36,228 nt of DNA from positions 1 through 36,228 of IMG/VR virus record IMGVR_UViG_3300032212_000086; one strand, given 5' to 3'. The translations under genes and the position numbers were made by a program. Shown here one piece after another: positions 23,010 to 33,161 of the stretch (position 1 is its first letter; each line of letters starts with the position of its first letter). The notes below the pieces were generated by a model. It was not told the DNA's origin. It saw only the letters and a list, made by a program, of their open reading frames with translations, and searched no databases. This stretch comes from a virus. Its lineage: Duplodnaviria; Caudoviricetes.

Positions 23010-23094
23010 GGTAGTCACATCAACCAGTCAGACACACGCATGTATCTCATACATTCCTCGTTATCGTGTGTCGACTTAACACTCCGAGGATATC

Positions 23095-23496
23095 ATGCCG
23101 GCAGGACGCCCACCAAAATATAACTCAGTCGAAGAGCTTCAAGAGGTTATTGAGTCTTATTTCTCTGAACTTGTAATGGAAATAGACGGGAAGATAATTT
23201 CTAAGCCACGCACAATGTCAGGACTAGCAAGAGCGTTGGGAATGTCAAGACAAGCACTTTGTGATTATTCACATAAAGACGAATTTCTTGACGCTTTAAA
23301 AGAAGCAAGACAAAGGGTTGAAGAGGATGTTGAGACACGCTTAATGTCTGGCGTGGCTGCGACAGGCTGTATTTTTAATCTAAAGAATAACTTTGGATGG
23401 CGTGACAAGACGGAAATGGATCACACAACAAACGGCAAAGAGATTAAACAAGTCCAGCCAGTGTATGTGAGTAAAGATGACAACACTTCGGATTGA
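23095..23496 (+). CDS. terS: Terminase small subunit (P22 gp3-like)
   Basis: GRPPKY...TMSGLARALG..RQAL.DY...IFNLKNNFGWRDK; directly upstream of terL. Confidence 0.88.
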   Translation: MPAGRPPKYNSVEELQEVIESYFSELVMEIDGKIISKPRTMSGLARALGMSRQALCDYSHKDEFLDALKEARQRVEEDVETRLMSGVAATGCIFNLKNNFGWRDKTEMDHTTNGKEIKQVQPVYVSKDDNTSD

Positions 23497-24736
23497 ATAT
23501 CCTCACAAGTTTGGGGAGCTATTCGAATGTCAGGCAAGAAACCGTATGGCTCGTGGAGGTCGCGGTTCTGCAAAATCTTGGGGTTTTGCTGGTAAAGCTT
23601 TAGAGAGAGCGGTTACAGGTAAGACACGCATCCTTTGCACTCGTGAGTTACAGAACAGCATTAAGGACTCAGTTCACAAGTTGTTATGCGACCAGATAGA
23701 CCGACTTGGGTTGAATGCTCACTTCGAATATGGGGAAAGCTATATCCGAGGAAAGAACGGCTCTGAGTTTCTGTTCAAGGGTCTAAAGCACAACGCCCAA
23801 GAGATTAAGTCGATGGAGGGTATCGATATTTGCTGGATTGAAGAGGGGCAAGCAACCTCGCAAGCCAGTCTTGATTTATTACTGCCAACAATCCGTAAAG
23901 AGGGTTCCGAAGTTTGGGTGTCTTATAACCCAAAGAACGAGACAGACCCTATTCACCAGATGGCAGAAAACCCGCCGCCGAATACGATTGTTGTTGATAT
24001 GAACTGGCGCGATAACCCTTGGTGGTCAGATGAGCTTGAGCAACAACGAATACACACGAAAGAAACCAGACCCGATTACTATGATTGGATTTGGGAAGGT
24101 AAGACACTCTCACTGATTGAGGGGACTTACTACGGAGCATTGATGAAAGCGGCGGAAGATGATGGCCGCATCACAAATGTTCCGTATGACCCATCCTGTG
24201 AGGTTTACACCATATGGGATTTGGGTATCGGTGACAGCACGGCAATTTGGTTTGTTCAGTACGTTGGGCAGGAAGTCCACGTTATTGATTACTACGAAGC
24301 GTCTGGCGTTGGTCTTGACCATTACGCAAAGGTTCTAAGGGAAAAGCCTTACGTTTACGCAACAGAGCTTGTATGGCCTCACGACGGTAAAGCGAAAGAG
24401 CTTGGTTCTGGTAAGAGTAGACAGCAGACAATGGAGAATCTTGGTTTTCAAGTTCGCATTCTAAAACGAGCTGCAATTGATGACGGCATCCAGGCGGTTC
24501 GGAATTTACTTCCACGCTGTTGGTTCGACGCAGAGAAATGCAAAGACGGCATCAACGCCCTGAAAGCATACAGCAAACAATACGATGAAGACAAAAAGGT
24601 CTACAAAGACCGCCCGTTACATGATTGGTCAAGTCATGGCGCGGATGCGTTCCGTTATGTCGCAATGTCCGGCGGAGCATCACAAGAGATTAATTTAGAT
24701 TTTAGCAACCAGGGTTCTGGTTGGATGGGAGCGTAA
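23477..24736 (+). CDS. terL: Terminase large subunit (PBSX-like)
   Basis: Walker A GGRGSAKS, Walker B ICWIEE, YNP coupling motif, nuclease WDLG...SHGADAFRY. Confidence 0.95.
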   Translation: MTTLRIEYPHKFGELFECQARNRMARGGRGSAKSWGFAGKALERAVTGKTRILCTRELQNSIKDSVHKLLCDQIDRLGLNAHFEYGESYIRGKNGSEFLFKGLKHNAQEIKSMEGIDICWIEEGQATSQASLDLLLPTIRKEGSEVWVSYNPKNETDPIHQMAENPPPNTIVVDMNWRDNPWWSDELEQQRIHTKETRPDYYDWIWEGKTLSLIEGTYYGALMKAAEDDGRITNVPYDPSCEVYTIWDLGIGDSTAIWFVQYVGQEVHVIDYYEASGVGLDHYAKVLREKPYVYATELVWPHDGKAKELGSGKSRQQTMENLGFQVRILKRAAIDDGIQAVRNLLPRCWFDAEKCKDGINALKAYSKQYDEDKKVYKDRPLHDWSSHGADAFRYVAMSGGASQEINLDFSNQGSGWMGA

Positions 24737-26736
24737 TGGCTGAAAAGTTTGATAAGCAGGACGAGACACTCCTCGCAGAAGTTCGCAAGCGTATGCAGGA
24801 TTGTATTGATTACAACGATGCACAGCATGAAGTAATGCGTGAGGATATTGATTTCCGTCATGGCAACCAATGGGATGACACAGCAAAGCAGGAACGCGCC
24901 GAAGAGGGTAGACCTTGTTTGACGTTTAACCGCATTGAGGGCTTTGTCGATCAGGTCATGGGAGATGCACGACAGAACAAGAGTGCTATTAAAGTTCGCC
25001 CAACGGACAATGTTGACAAGATTGTGACATCTGCGGGTGGTTCGGAATACACTTTCCCTGAGTTCCTAGAGGGTGCGGTTCGTTCTATTGAGGTGAAGTC
25101 TAATGCTTCCAATGCATACCTGACAGCATTAGACGGTGCTGTTGGTCATGGAGAGGGTTATTTCGCTATTGGAACCAAGTACACAAGCGATGACAGTTTT
25201 GACCAAGATATCATCGTGCGCCGTTTGAATAACTCGTTTGCGGTGTATCTTGACCCAAACAGCACAGAGCCAGATGGTAGCGATGCAAACTATGGGTTTA
25301 TTTCTACCTACATGGATCACGACGAGGTTAAAGGGGCTTATCCTGATGCGGCTGCGTATTACAACGGCACACTAAAACGCGAATGGGATGAGGGTAATGC
25401 TTGGGCATCACAGAATAACCAAGCGCGTATCGTTGAATATTACAGACGTGTTCCTGACAAGACAGTCAAGATTATCCGTTTCATGGATGGTTCTGTCTTA
25501 GAGGATAACGAAGAGAACCAAGAGTCAATCGAAGCCCTTGGTAAAGCTGGCATAGGGCAAACAGGCAAGCGTTCAATCGTGAAGTATAAGGTTGAATGGT
25601 ATCTGACAGACGGGAACTTGTTCCTTGAAGAGCCTACAGAGTTCCCATCTCAGTACATTCCGATTGTACCTGTGTACGGTAAGGAATTGGTCGTCAATGG
25701 TAAGATTTGGAGACGTGGAATTGTACGTCATGCCAAAGATGCACAGCGCATCTATAACTACCAAAGAACAGCAGCGGTTGAACGTATTGCTTTGACACCG
25801 AAAGCTCCATACTTGGCTGCAGATGGTCAGTTAAAAGGGTATGAGAAGATATGGAAGAACGCCAACACTAAGAACTACGCTGTAATGCCTTATAAGCATG
25901 TGGATGGTGTGCCAATGCCACAACGCGCCGGATATACTCTGCCGAATAACACAGAGAACCAAGACGCAATGCTGTGTGCAGAGGACATGAAAGCCACGAC
26001 AGGTATTTATGACGCTTCCTTGGGTGCAGGCGGGAATGAAACATCAGGTAGAGCTATTCTAGCGCGACAGCGTGAAGGTGATACTGCTAACTATGCGTAT
26101 ACCGACAACCTATCAACATCTATCCGTCATGCGGGTCGTATTATCCTGGATATGTTGCCTCGTATCTATGACACGCCACGCGTTATGAGAATCTTGAACG
26201 TGGATGATACGGATGACCTTGCTGAGACAAACCTCGCTGAATTGATGGACGGTATCAAGTTTGATGTAGAGGTTACAACAGGCGCGTCATACGCAACACA
26301 ACGCCTCGAGGCTTCTGACAGTATGATGGCGTTTATTCAGGCTGTTCCACAGGCAGCACCGGCTGTTATGGACTTGATAGCCAAGAACCAAGATTGGCCT
26401 GGTGGTGACGAGATTGCAAAGCGCCTTGAGAAGATGTTGCCCGAAGGATTGATGGAAGACGATACGCCAGAAGGTGAGATGGCAGAGCCGCCACCTCCGA
26501 CACCAGAGCAAATCATGGCGATGAAAGCTCAAGAAATGACCATGCAAAAAGAACAGCTAGAAATGGCTAAAACGCAGGCAGAAATCGAAGAGAAACAAGC
26601 AGACACAGCTTTGAAAATGGTTAAGGCGCAGAAAGAAGCGCAAGAGACACCAGCAGAGGGAGAGACAATCGGCGATATGTCCCCCGAAGAACTGGCGGCT
26701 GTGGTTATGACTGCAATTCAGGAGAACACACAATGA
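24736..26736 (+). CDS. Portal protein (P22 gp1-like)
   Basis: GNQW...RPCLTFN...PIVPVYG...GIVRHAKDAQRIYN...NETSGRAILARQREG; Q/E-rich barrel tail; start at ATG 24736. Confidence 0.92.
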   Translation: MAEKFDKQDETLLAEVRKRMQDCIDYNDAQHEVMREDIDFRHGNQWDDTAKQERAEEGRPCLTFNRIEGFVDQVMGDARQNKSAIKVRPTDNVDKIVTSAGGSEYTFPEFLEGAVRSIEVKSNASNAYLTALDGAVGHGEGYFAIGTKYTSDDSFDQDIIVRRLNNSFAVYLDPNSTEPDGSDANYGFISTYMDHDEVKGAYPDAAAYYNGTLKREWDEGNAWASQNNQARIVEYYRRVPDKTVKIIRFMDGSVLEDNEENQESIEALGKAGIGQTGKRSIVKYKVEWYLTDGNLFLEEPTEFPSQYIPIVPVYGKELVVNGKIWRRGIVRHAKDAQRIYNYQRTAAVERIALTPKAPYLAADGQLKGYEKIWKNANTKNYAVMPYKHVDGVPMPQRAGYTLPNNTENQDAMLCAEDMKATTGIYDASLGAGGNETSGRAILARQREGDTANYAYTDNLSTSIRHAGRIILDMLPRIYDTPRVMRILNVDDTDDLAETNLAELMDGIKFDVEVTTGASYATQRLEASDSMMAFIQAVPQAAPAVMDLIAKNQDWPGGDEIAKRLEKMLPEGLMEDDTPEGEMAEPPPPTPEQIMAMKAQEMTMQKEQLEMAKTQAEIEEKQADTALKMVKAQKEAQETPAEGETIGDMSPEELAAVVMTAIQENTQ

Positions 26737-26888
26737 TGACAGATGTTTCACATGGTGCGCTACGTGCAGCTTTAAAGATTCAAGATATCGAAAAGGCTGA
26801 TTTAATGCGTGGTGATTTAACAAACGGTGAACTCACGCAAATCTATAAAAAGATTGAACGAGGCTTGAAGCGCAAACGGAGGGTTTAA
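26733..26888 (+). CDS. Hypothetical protein (51 aa; not in ORF track)
   Basis: [29 protein letters not shown]...KRKRRV; RBS AGGAG; coupled at both ends. Confidence 0.6.
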   Translation: MMTDVSHGALRAALKIQDIEKADLMRGDLTNGELTQIYKKIERGLKRKRRV

Positions 26889-28867
26889 TGACTATACCTC
26901 CAATTCCAACGTCTGCCTCCTTTACGGATAAGGTTTGGCAAGATTGGTTCCGTGATGTGAAATTGACCGTTGAAGGTATCGAAGTCACAGAGACGGATAC
27001 AGACACAGGAGACGGAACAGGCATCACATCGCTTGTGCAAGACACTACACCGCAGTTAGGTGGAAATTTAGACCTTAATAGCTTTGTTGTCACAGGGCTA
27101 GAGATAGGGACGGATGTGCAGGCTTATTCTGCCGTTCTACAGGCTACGACAGCGAGTTTTACATCGGCATTAAAGACAAAACTTGATGCAATAACAGGCA
27201 CTAACACTGGCGACCAGACTATTACACTGACTGGCGATGTTACGGGATCGGGAACGGGAAGTTTTACAGCGACTGTTTCCAATGACGCTATCACCTTTGC
27301 GAAAATGCAAAACATCAGCACAGATATCTTTCTTGGAAGAGACACAGCGGGAAGCGGTGATGTTGAAGAATTAACACCTGCGACAGCGCGAACTCTGTTG
27401 AATGTTGAAAATGGTGCAACAGCAGACCAAATCGATACAGAGATTGAATCTTTGTATGAGGGTTTGTCAAATACAAACAAATACACAGACGCTGAAAAGT
27501 CCAAACTTGCCGCTTTGGTTGGTGGCGCGAATAAGGTTGATGCAACAGCGGCTCCGACGGTAAACGACGATAGTGCTGATACATCAGGAAACGGCGCGTT
27601 CGAAGTTGGAAGCTTATGGGTAGATGTTACAAACGATGAGGCTTATCGGTGTGTAGATGCGACAGCAACGGCGGCTGTATGGGTTAACACAACACTTGAT
27701 ACAAGTGAACTGGCGACTATTGCGACAACAGGTCAAGTAAGTGATTTGATTGGAAGTATTGTCACCAGTCAGATTACAAACAGTGCTGTGACGTTTGCAA
27801 AGATGCAGGATATCAGCACAGATCGTCTGATAGGTCGAACAACTGCGGGATCTGGCTCCCCAGAAGAACTGACAGCAGCTCAAGTAAGAACACTCTTGAA
27901 TATTGAGAATGCCGCTACGGCTGACCAGTCCGACGCAGAGATTGAAACAGCCTATAACAATCAGGTTGGTGTAATGTCACAGGCAACCGCAGAGGCGGGA
28001 ACCTCTACAACTGTGGAACGTGTAACGGCACAAAGAATAGCCCAAGCGATTGCAGCACAAGCAAGTGGGTTAACGTCTGTAAGTCAGGGGGACTTAAATA
28101 CTTCCACTGGCACGTTTAGCATGTCAACAAATACAGGGTATTGGTGGGGTGGTGGTGGTGAAGAAATCACACTGGTTCAGCCTGCGGGTGGCGGTGTAAT
28201 TCTGCCAGGTGGCGAATACGGTTTTACTGTCTTAAATGATAGCCCAAACACTTCGTATATAGCGGGGTGGATAAACGGAACAGATGCGGCAACATACACA
28301 GCTGAGGCTATGCCGTACATTTTCCACACCTCGACAAAAGCGGGGACAGTTGGTGGTAAACAGCGGTATGTAACAGCATCTCCACCTTTTGACATGGGTG
28401 AGGGAGAAGTATGTGGGTTTTTCTATATTTACCTAGATAGAACAGGTAATCAGATAGGCCATTATTTAGCTGATGTGCCGCCATGGGGATATAATGGGAA
28501 GACAGATATTACTCCAGATTACATTGATAGAAAGACCGGCGGTAAATTTAAACGTGTAAGAAAGAAACGTACACTTGAGCAAGTCCTAGATGGACATCGT
28601 GTAGAGACAGAGATAAGAGAAATTGACCACGCAATGAAGAATGCGGATATGAACGATATACCCGCCCCATTCAAACCAAAAACGCGTGATTATCAGGTTA
28701 TTATGCTTGACCCTATGGATGAGCGAATAGCCCGTTTACTTGAATATCAAAACGAGGGAAGTACAGAAGTTACAGACCTTATCAGAAACAACCGAATACG
28801 ACTTAGTTCAGAGCGACTGCGGAGAAAAGCCCCGCCAGGCGTGATGACTGTGTCATTCGATATTTAA
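26888..28867 (+). CDS. Second fibre-like virion protein (possible extended tail needle)
   Basis: T/A/G-rich; [13 protein letters not shown] and LTGDVTGSG fibre motifs; two copies of a 59-aa unit; N-terminal P.P...WQDWF. Confidence 0.7.
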   Translation: MTIPPIPTSASFTDKVWQDWFRDVKLTVEGIEVTETDTDTGDGTGITSLVQDTTPQLGGNLDLNSFVVTGLEIGTDVQAYSAVLQATTASFTSALKTKLDAITGTNTGDQTITLTGDVTGSGTGSFTATVSNDAITFAKMQNISTDIFLGRDTAGSGDVEELTPATARTLLNVENGATADQIDTEIESLYEGLSNTNKYTDAEKSKLAALVGGANKVDATAAPTVNDDSADTSGNGAFEVGSLWVDVTNDEAYRCVDATATAAVWVNTTLDTSELATIATTGQVSDLIGSIVTSQITNSAVTFAKMQDISTDRLIGRTTAGSGSPEELTAAQVRTLLNIENAATADQSDAEIETAYNNQVGVMSQATAEAGTSTTVERVTAQRIAQAIAAQASGLTSVSQGDLNTSTGTFSMSTNTGYWWGGGGEEITLVQPAGGGVILPGGEYGFTVLNDSPNTSYIAGWINGTDAATYTAEAMPYIFHTSTKAGTVGGKQRYVTASPPFDMGEGEVCGFFYIYLDRTGNQIGHYLADVPPWGYNGKTDITPDYIDRKTGGKFKRVRKKRTLEQVLDGHRVETEIREIDHAMKNADMNDIPAPFKPKTRDYQVIMLDPMDERIARLLEYQNEGSTEVTDLIRNNRIRLSSERLRRKAPPGVMTVSFDI

Positions 28868-28894
28868 AGAAGCTCCTTAATTGGGGCTTTTTTT
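28868..28894 (+). terminator. Intrinsic terminator
   Basis: AGAAGCTCC-TTAATT-GGGGC followed by a run of seven T. Confidence 0.7.
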
Positions 28895-28962
28895 ACATCT
28901 AGATTCCAAGCCTGGAATACGTATCCGAAACGATACGCAAATCAAAACTCATGGAGATACAT

Positions 28963-29817
28963 ATGAGCGAAGAAACCGCGACAGACGTGCAGCCTGTCGA
29001 GAATGAACCTGCACCAGAATCCGAAGTTGTAACGCCAACGGAGGAGGAGACAGCACCCGAAGCTGACAAAACGGAGGGCGTTGACGGCGATGACAAGGCC
29101 GATGAGCAGAAAGCAGACGAAAAGGCTAAGGAAGAACCCAAGCCTAAGAAACGTCACAACTCTGCACAGAAACGTATCAGTCAATTAACACGAGAAAAGA
29201 ATGAGCTGAAAGCAAAGCTTGAAAAGGCCGAGTATCAGCAGAAGTTGAACAGTATCGAGCAAAAACGTCCGAAAGCGGGCGACTTTGAGAGCGATGAAGA
29301 CTTTGTCGAAGCCCTTACTGATTACAAGGTGAACAAAGCACTTACGGAACGCGAAGAGCCGAAAGAGCCGTCACAGAGTGAAGAGTACGGGATGTCCGAT
29401 GAAGAATTTCAAGAGTTCCAAAAATCGAGCATAGACCTAATGGAAACTGGAAGTAAACAGTTTGAAGATTTCGCGGAGGTTGTCACAACCGTCGAGGATT
29501 TATCCGTCGACCTAGTGAAAGCCGTCATGGATCACAGCGAAGAACACGCTGCAGAAATGGTTTATAAACTCGCGCAAGATCCCGACCTCATTAAAGACCT
29601 TTCTCGTACGAACAGTCAATTCGCACAAAACGCGATTTTGGCACAAATCGAGCAAGGTTTAGGGAAAGCACAAACACCTAAAGAAGACCCTAAGCCACAA
29701 ACAACAAAAGCTCCAGCTCCAATCAAACCTGTTGGTGGCTCTGGTGCATCTGGTTCGGTTGATCCCGACAAGATGTCCCCAGATGAGTGGGTTCAATGGA
29801 GACGGAAGCAGTTATAG
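28963..29817 (+). CDS. Scaffolding protein
   Basis: Acidic, QKRISQLTREK coiled coil, KAPAPIKPV...KMSPDEW C-terminus; directly before coat; RBS GGAG. Confidence 0.85.
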   Translation: MSEETATDVQPVENEPAPESEVVTPTEEETAPEADKTEGVDGDDKADEQKADEKAKEEPKPKKRHNSAQKRISQLTREKNELKAKLEKAEYQQKLNSIEQKRPKAGDFESDEDFVEALTDYKVNKALTEREEPKEPSQSEEYGMSDEEFQEFQKSSIDLMETGSKQFEDFAEVVTTVEDLSVDLVKAVMDHSEEHAAEMVYKLAQDPDLIKDLSRTNSQFAQNAILAQIEQGLGKAQTPKEDPKPQTTKAPAPIKPVGGSGASGSVDPDKMSPDEWVQWRRKQL

Positions 29818-29832
29818 AAAGGTATTTAGCAA

Positions 29833-31029
29833 ATGGCTAATGCATTACTTACCCCTACCGCAGTAACACGCGAAGCCCTGCGTATTCTGCATGAAAAACT
29901 TAATTTTGTAGGCAACATTAACCGTCAGTATGATGACAGTTTTGCAAAAGAAGGTGCAAAGATTGGTGACAGTCTTAAAATTCGTCTTCCTAACCAGTAC
30001 GAAGTTCGTGATGGTGCAACATTGTCAACACAAGACACAACTGAAACCAGCACAACTTTGCAAGTTGCTACGCAGAAAGGTGTGGATCTTAACTTCACAT
30101 CTAAAGACCTGACGACAGACTTGGATGACTTCTCGAAGCGCATTCTTGACCCTGCTATGTCAGTTTTGGCTGCGAACATCGAAGCAGATGCGTTTAGCAT
30201 GTATAAAGACGTTTGGAACTCAGTCGGTACAGTTGGAACAACTCCTGCTGGCTTGACACCGTTCTTGGATGGTCGTACGAAGCTAAACAAAGCATTGGCT
30301 CCGAAAGACAGCCAACGTTGTGCAATCATCAACTCAGAAGCCTCCGCTGCTACAGTTGACGCTCTTAAGGGTCTGTTCCATGACTCTAAAGAAGTCGCAA
30401 AGCAGTATCGTGAAGGTGCAATGGGTAAGACTGCCGGTCTCATGTTCTTTGAGAACGAGTCTACACCTGTACACACAAACGGTACAATGGGCGGTACAGC
30501 ACTTGTTAATGGTGCGTCACAGACTGGCGCAACTATCGCAATTGATGGCCTGTCTGCTTCTGGTACGGTCACAGCTGGTACGACGTTCACGCTTGCAGGC
30601 GTTTACGCTGTACACCCTGAAACAAAAGAGAGCTATGCTCACTTGCAACAGTTCACAGTAACAGCGGATGCTACAGCGTCTACTGGTGCTATCGCAGCTC
30701 TTGCAATTAGTCCTTCCATTATTACAAGTGGCGCGACACAAACCGTTTCAGGCTCACCTGCTGATAACGCAGCAATCACATGGCAAGGTGCCGCGTCTGC
30801 TGTTATTCCTCAGAACTTGGTATTCCACAAAGATGCGTTCACATTTGCGACCGCTGATTTGGTTATGCCATCAGGTGTTGACTTCGCTGCCCGTGAAGTC
30901 TTTGACGGTATCTCAATGCGTATCGTTCGTGCATACGACATTAACAACGATAAGTTCCCTTGTCGTTTGGATGTCTTGTACGGCTACAAAGCAATTCGTC
31001 CAGAAATTGCCTCACGCGTTGTCGGTTAA
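29833..31029 (+). CDS. Major capsid protein (P22 coat gp5 family)
   Basis: MANALLTP...LNF...NRQYDDSF...KIGDSLKIRLP...FHKDAF...RLDVLYGYK..RPE. Confidence 0.93.
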   Translation: MANALLTPTAVTREALRILHEKLNFVGNINRQYDDSFAKEGAKIGDSLKIRLPNQYEVRDGATLSTQDTTETSTTLQVATQKGVDLNFTSKDLTTDLDDFSKRILDPAMSVLAANIEADAFSMYKDVWNSVGTVGTTPAGLTPFLDGRTKLNKALAPKDSQRCAIINSEASAATVDALKGLFHDSKEVAKQYREGAMGKTAGLMFFENESTPVHTNGTMGGTALVNGASQTGATIAIDGLSASGTVTAGTTFTLAGVYAVHPETKESYAHLQQFTVTADATASTGAIAALAISPSIITSGATQTVSGSPADNAAITWQGAASAVIPQNLVFHKDAFTFATADLVMPSGVDFAAREVFDGISMRIVRAYDINNDKFPCRLDVLYGYKAIRPEIASRVVG

Positions 31030-31036
31030 TTGGTTT

Positions 31037-31067
31037 GGGGGAGCTTCGGCTCCTCCTTTCCTTTTTT
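31037..31067 (+). terminator. Intrinsic terminator after coat gene
   Basis: GGGGGAGC-TTCG-GCTCCTCC followed by TTTCCTTTTTT. Confidence 0.85.
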
Positions 31068-31077
31068 GGAGAAATAA

Positions 31078-31767
31078 ATGCCTAAATCAGCAGAGAAAAT
31101 AATCAAATCATCATTACGTGTCATTGGTTGCCTTGGCACAGGTGAAACAATGGAGGCCGCAGAAGCGCAGGACGCTCTTGAAGCGTTGAACTCTATGCTT
31201 TCTCTATGGTCTGCCGAAGATGTAATGGTTTACACAATCATTACTGATACCGTTACAGGTGCAGTCGGCACAGCCTCATATGAGATGGGGACAGGTAAGA
31301 CATGGGACACGACACGCCCGACAGACATTAAAGATATTACATTGGTTGATGGTTCAACAGAATATAACCTTCAATCTCTAAAACGCGGAGAATACTTAAA
31401 CCGCAAGGAATTAGATAACGCCCGCCCGACAAGTTTCTGGGTTAATCCTAAATGGGACGCACAGGAAGTTATCTTTCCTGCACCATTGGATAGTGCGTAC
31501 AGCTTCACAATTTATTCCTTAAAGCCCTTAGACGCTTTCACAAGCCTCACTGACACCGTTGAACTACCAGAAATGTACGAAGAGGCTATCAAGTGGTCAT
31601 TGGCTGTTAGATTGGCTCCTGAGTACGAGAAACAAGCCCCGCCAACAGTGGTAAGTCTTGCTGAATCTTCACTGGATATAATTTCCCGACAAAATTACAC
31701 AGCGATTGAGATGCAAGCAGATGTTGCGGTCTTGCAGAGTAATGGAGGGTCAGGAGATTGGGAGTAA
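31078..31767 (+). CDS. Head-tail adaptor (P22 gp4-like)
   Basis: II..SLR.IG.L..GE...EAQDALEALN.ML..W...YEEAI.W.LAVRLAPEY. Confidence 0.8.
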   Translation: MPKSAEKIIKSSLRVIGCLGTGETMEAAEAQDALEALNSMLSLWSAEDVMVYTIITDTVTGAVGTASYEMGTGKTWDTTRPTDIKDITLVDGSTEYNLQSLKRGEYLNRKELDNARPTSFWVNPKWDAQEVIFPAPLDSAYSFTIYSLKPLDAFTSLTDTVELPEMYEEAIKWSLAVRLAPEYEKQAPPTVVSLAESSLDIISRQNYTAIEMQADVAVLQSNGGSGDWE

Positions 31768-33149
31768 TACCTGTTGTAGGTGGAACGACTGCGAGTTGGG
31801 CGAAGAAATTCACCAACGAAAGAACCGTTAATTGGGTTCCTGTTGTCGATGAGGCCGGAGAGTACATAACCGCATTACGAGGGACAGCGGGCTTGCAAGA
31901 GTTTGTAGACCTTGGCACATCGGCGCCAGTATTGGGTGTGACATCTGCAAAGGGTGAGATTTACACCGTTTCTGGTGGGAAGTTGTTCAAAGTTACGTCT
32001 GGCGGTACAGCGACAGAGATAGGTGACTTGGATATCGACGGAGATCAGGTCTCCATGAAGTCGAACGGAATAGAGTTGTTCATTGCATGTGGTGGTAAAG
32101 GATATACATACACATTTGCAACTGAGACACTTGCACAGATTACAGACGCAGATTTCCCAGGAGCGCGTTTGGTGGACTTTATGGATGGATACTTTGTATT
32201 CCCAGAGCCATCAACAGGACGCTTTATGGTCACAGCACTATATGACGGGGATAATGTTGACGCATTGGACTTTGCAACGGCTGAGAGCAGCCCTGATGAC
32301 GTTGTAAGCCTCATTGCAAGGAAGTCAGACGTTATATTGTTTGGTGCGGAAACTACAGAGTTCCATTTTAACCAAGGTGGGACAGGGTTTCCATTTGCAC
32401 GAAATAGTGGTGCAACATTAGACATTGGTTGTGGAGCGCAGTATTCACCTGCAAAGGCTGACAACATGACCTTCTGGCTTGGTGGCGGTAAAGATGGAGC
32501 AGGCGGTGTGTTTATGATTGCCGGTGGATATGGTGAGAGCCGCATCTCTACGGAAGGTTTAGAAGAAGAGTTTCGTTCATACGACACGGTAAATGATGCC
32601 ATCGGGTACGCATATCAAGAGAATAAGCATGTATTCTATGTTCTGACATTCCCAACAGAGCGTAAAACATGGGTGTATGACGTAAGCACAGACTTGTGGC
32701 ACGAGAGAGAGTCATACAAGCAAGGTCGTCACAAATCGAACTGCTATACGTTCTTTAAGCGCCAACATATCGTCGGCGATTACGCAAACGGTAAATTGTA
32801 CTATATGGATTTGGATGTTTACACAGATGACGGGGATCCGATTATCTCCTCTCGTATTTGTAAGAACATCAGCAATCAAGAGAATTTTTTCACATTACCC
32901 AAGTTCGAGCTAATTTTTCAAAGTGGCTACGGGCTAACAACAGGCCAAGGTTCAGACCCACAGGCGATGCTGTCTTATTCAAATGATAGCGGTCACACAT
33001 GGTCTGATGAGCGGTGGCGTTCGTTCGGTAAGATTGGGGAATACGGACATAGGGCAATATGGCGCAAGTTAGGCGTCTCACGTAACAGAATGTTTAAAAT
33101 TGAGGTCTCAGACCCAGTAAAACGCAACATTATCGGCGCGGTAAGTTAG
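31758..33149 (+). CDS. Tail hub / packaged DNA stabilisation protein (P22 gp10-like)
   Basis: Beta-propeller-like; DGYFVF...FATAESSPD...H.FYVLTFP...TW.YD...WHER...G.TWS...GKIGEY..R.IWR.LG. Confidence 0.88.
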   Translation: MGVIPVVGGTTASWAKKFTNERTVNWVPVVDEAGEYITALRGTAGLQEFVDLGTSAPVLGVTSAKGEIYTVSGGKLFKVTSGGTATEIGDLDIDGDQVSMKSNGIELFIACGGKGYTYTFATETLAQITDADFPGARLVDFMDGYFVFPEPSTGRFMVTALYDGDNVDALDFATAESSPDDVVSLIARKSDVILFGAETTEFHFNQGGTGFPFARNSGATLDIGCGAQYSPAKADNMTFWLGGGKDGAGGVFMIAGGYGESRISTEGLEEEFRSYDTVNDAIGYAYQENKHVFYVLTFPTERKTWVYDVSTDLWHERESYKQGRHKSNCYTFFKRQHIVGDYANGKLYYMDLDVYTDDGDPIISSRICKNISNQENFFTLPKFELIFQSGYGLTTGQGSDPQAMLSYSNDSGHTWSDERWRSFGKIGEYGHRAIWRKLGVSRNRMFKIEVSDPVKRNIIGAVS

Positions 33150-33161
33150 AAAGGAAATATT

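Noticed and set aside
26888-28867. Diversity-generating retroelement TR/VR pair in the fibre repeats
   Set aside because: No reverse transcriptase in the genome; differences between copies are not adenine-specific and both copies are in-frame coding.
29925-30590. Long antisense ORFs (also 79-618, 32045-32602, 21477-21989, 27124-27504, 11852-12286)
   Set aside because: They are shadows of well-supported genes on the opposite strand, with no RBS or recognisable motifs.
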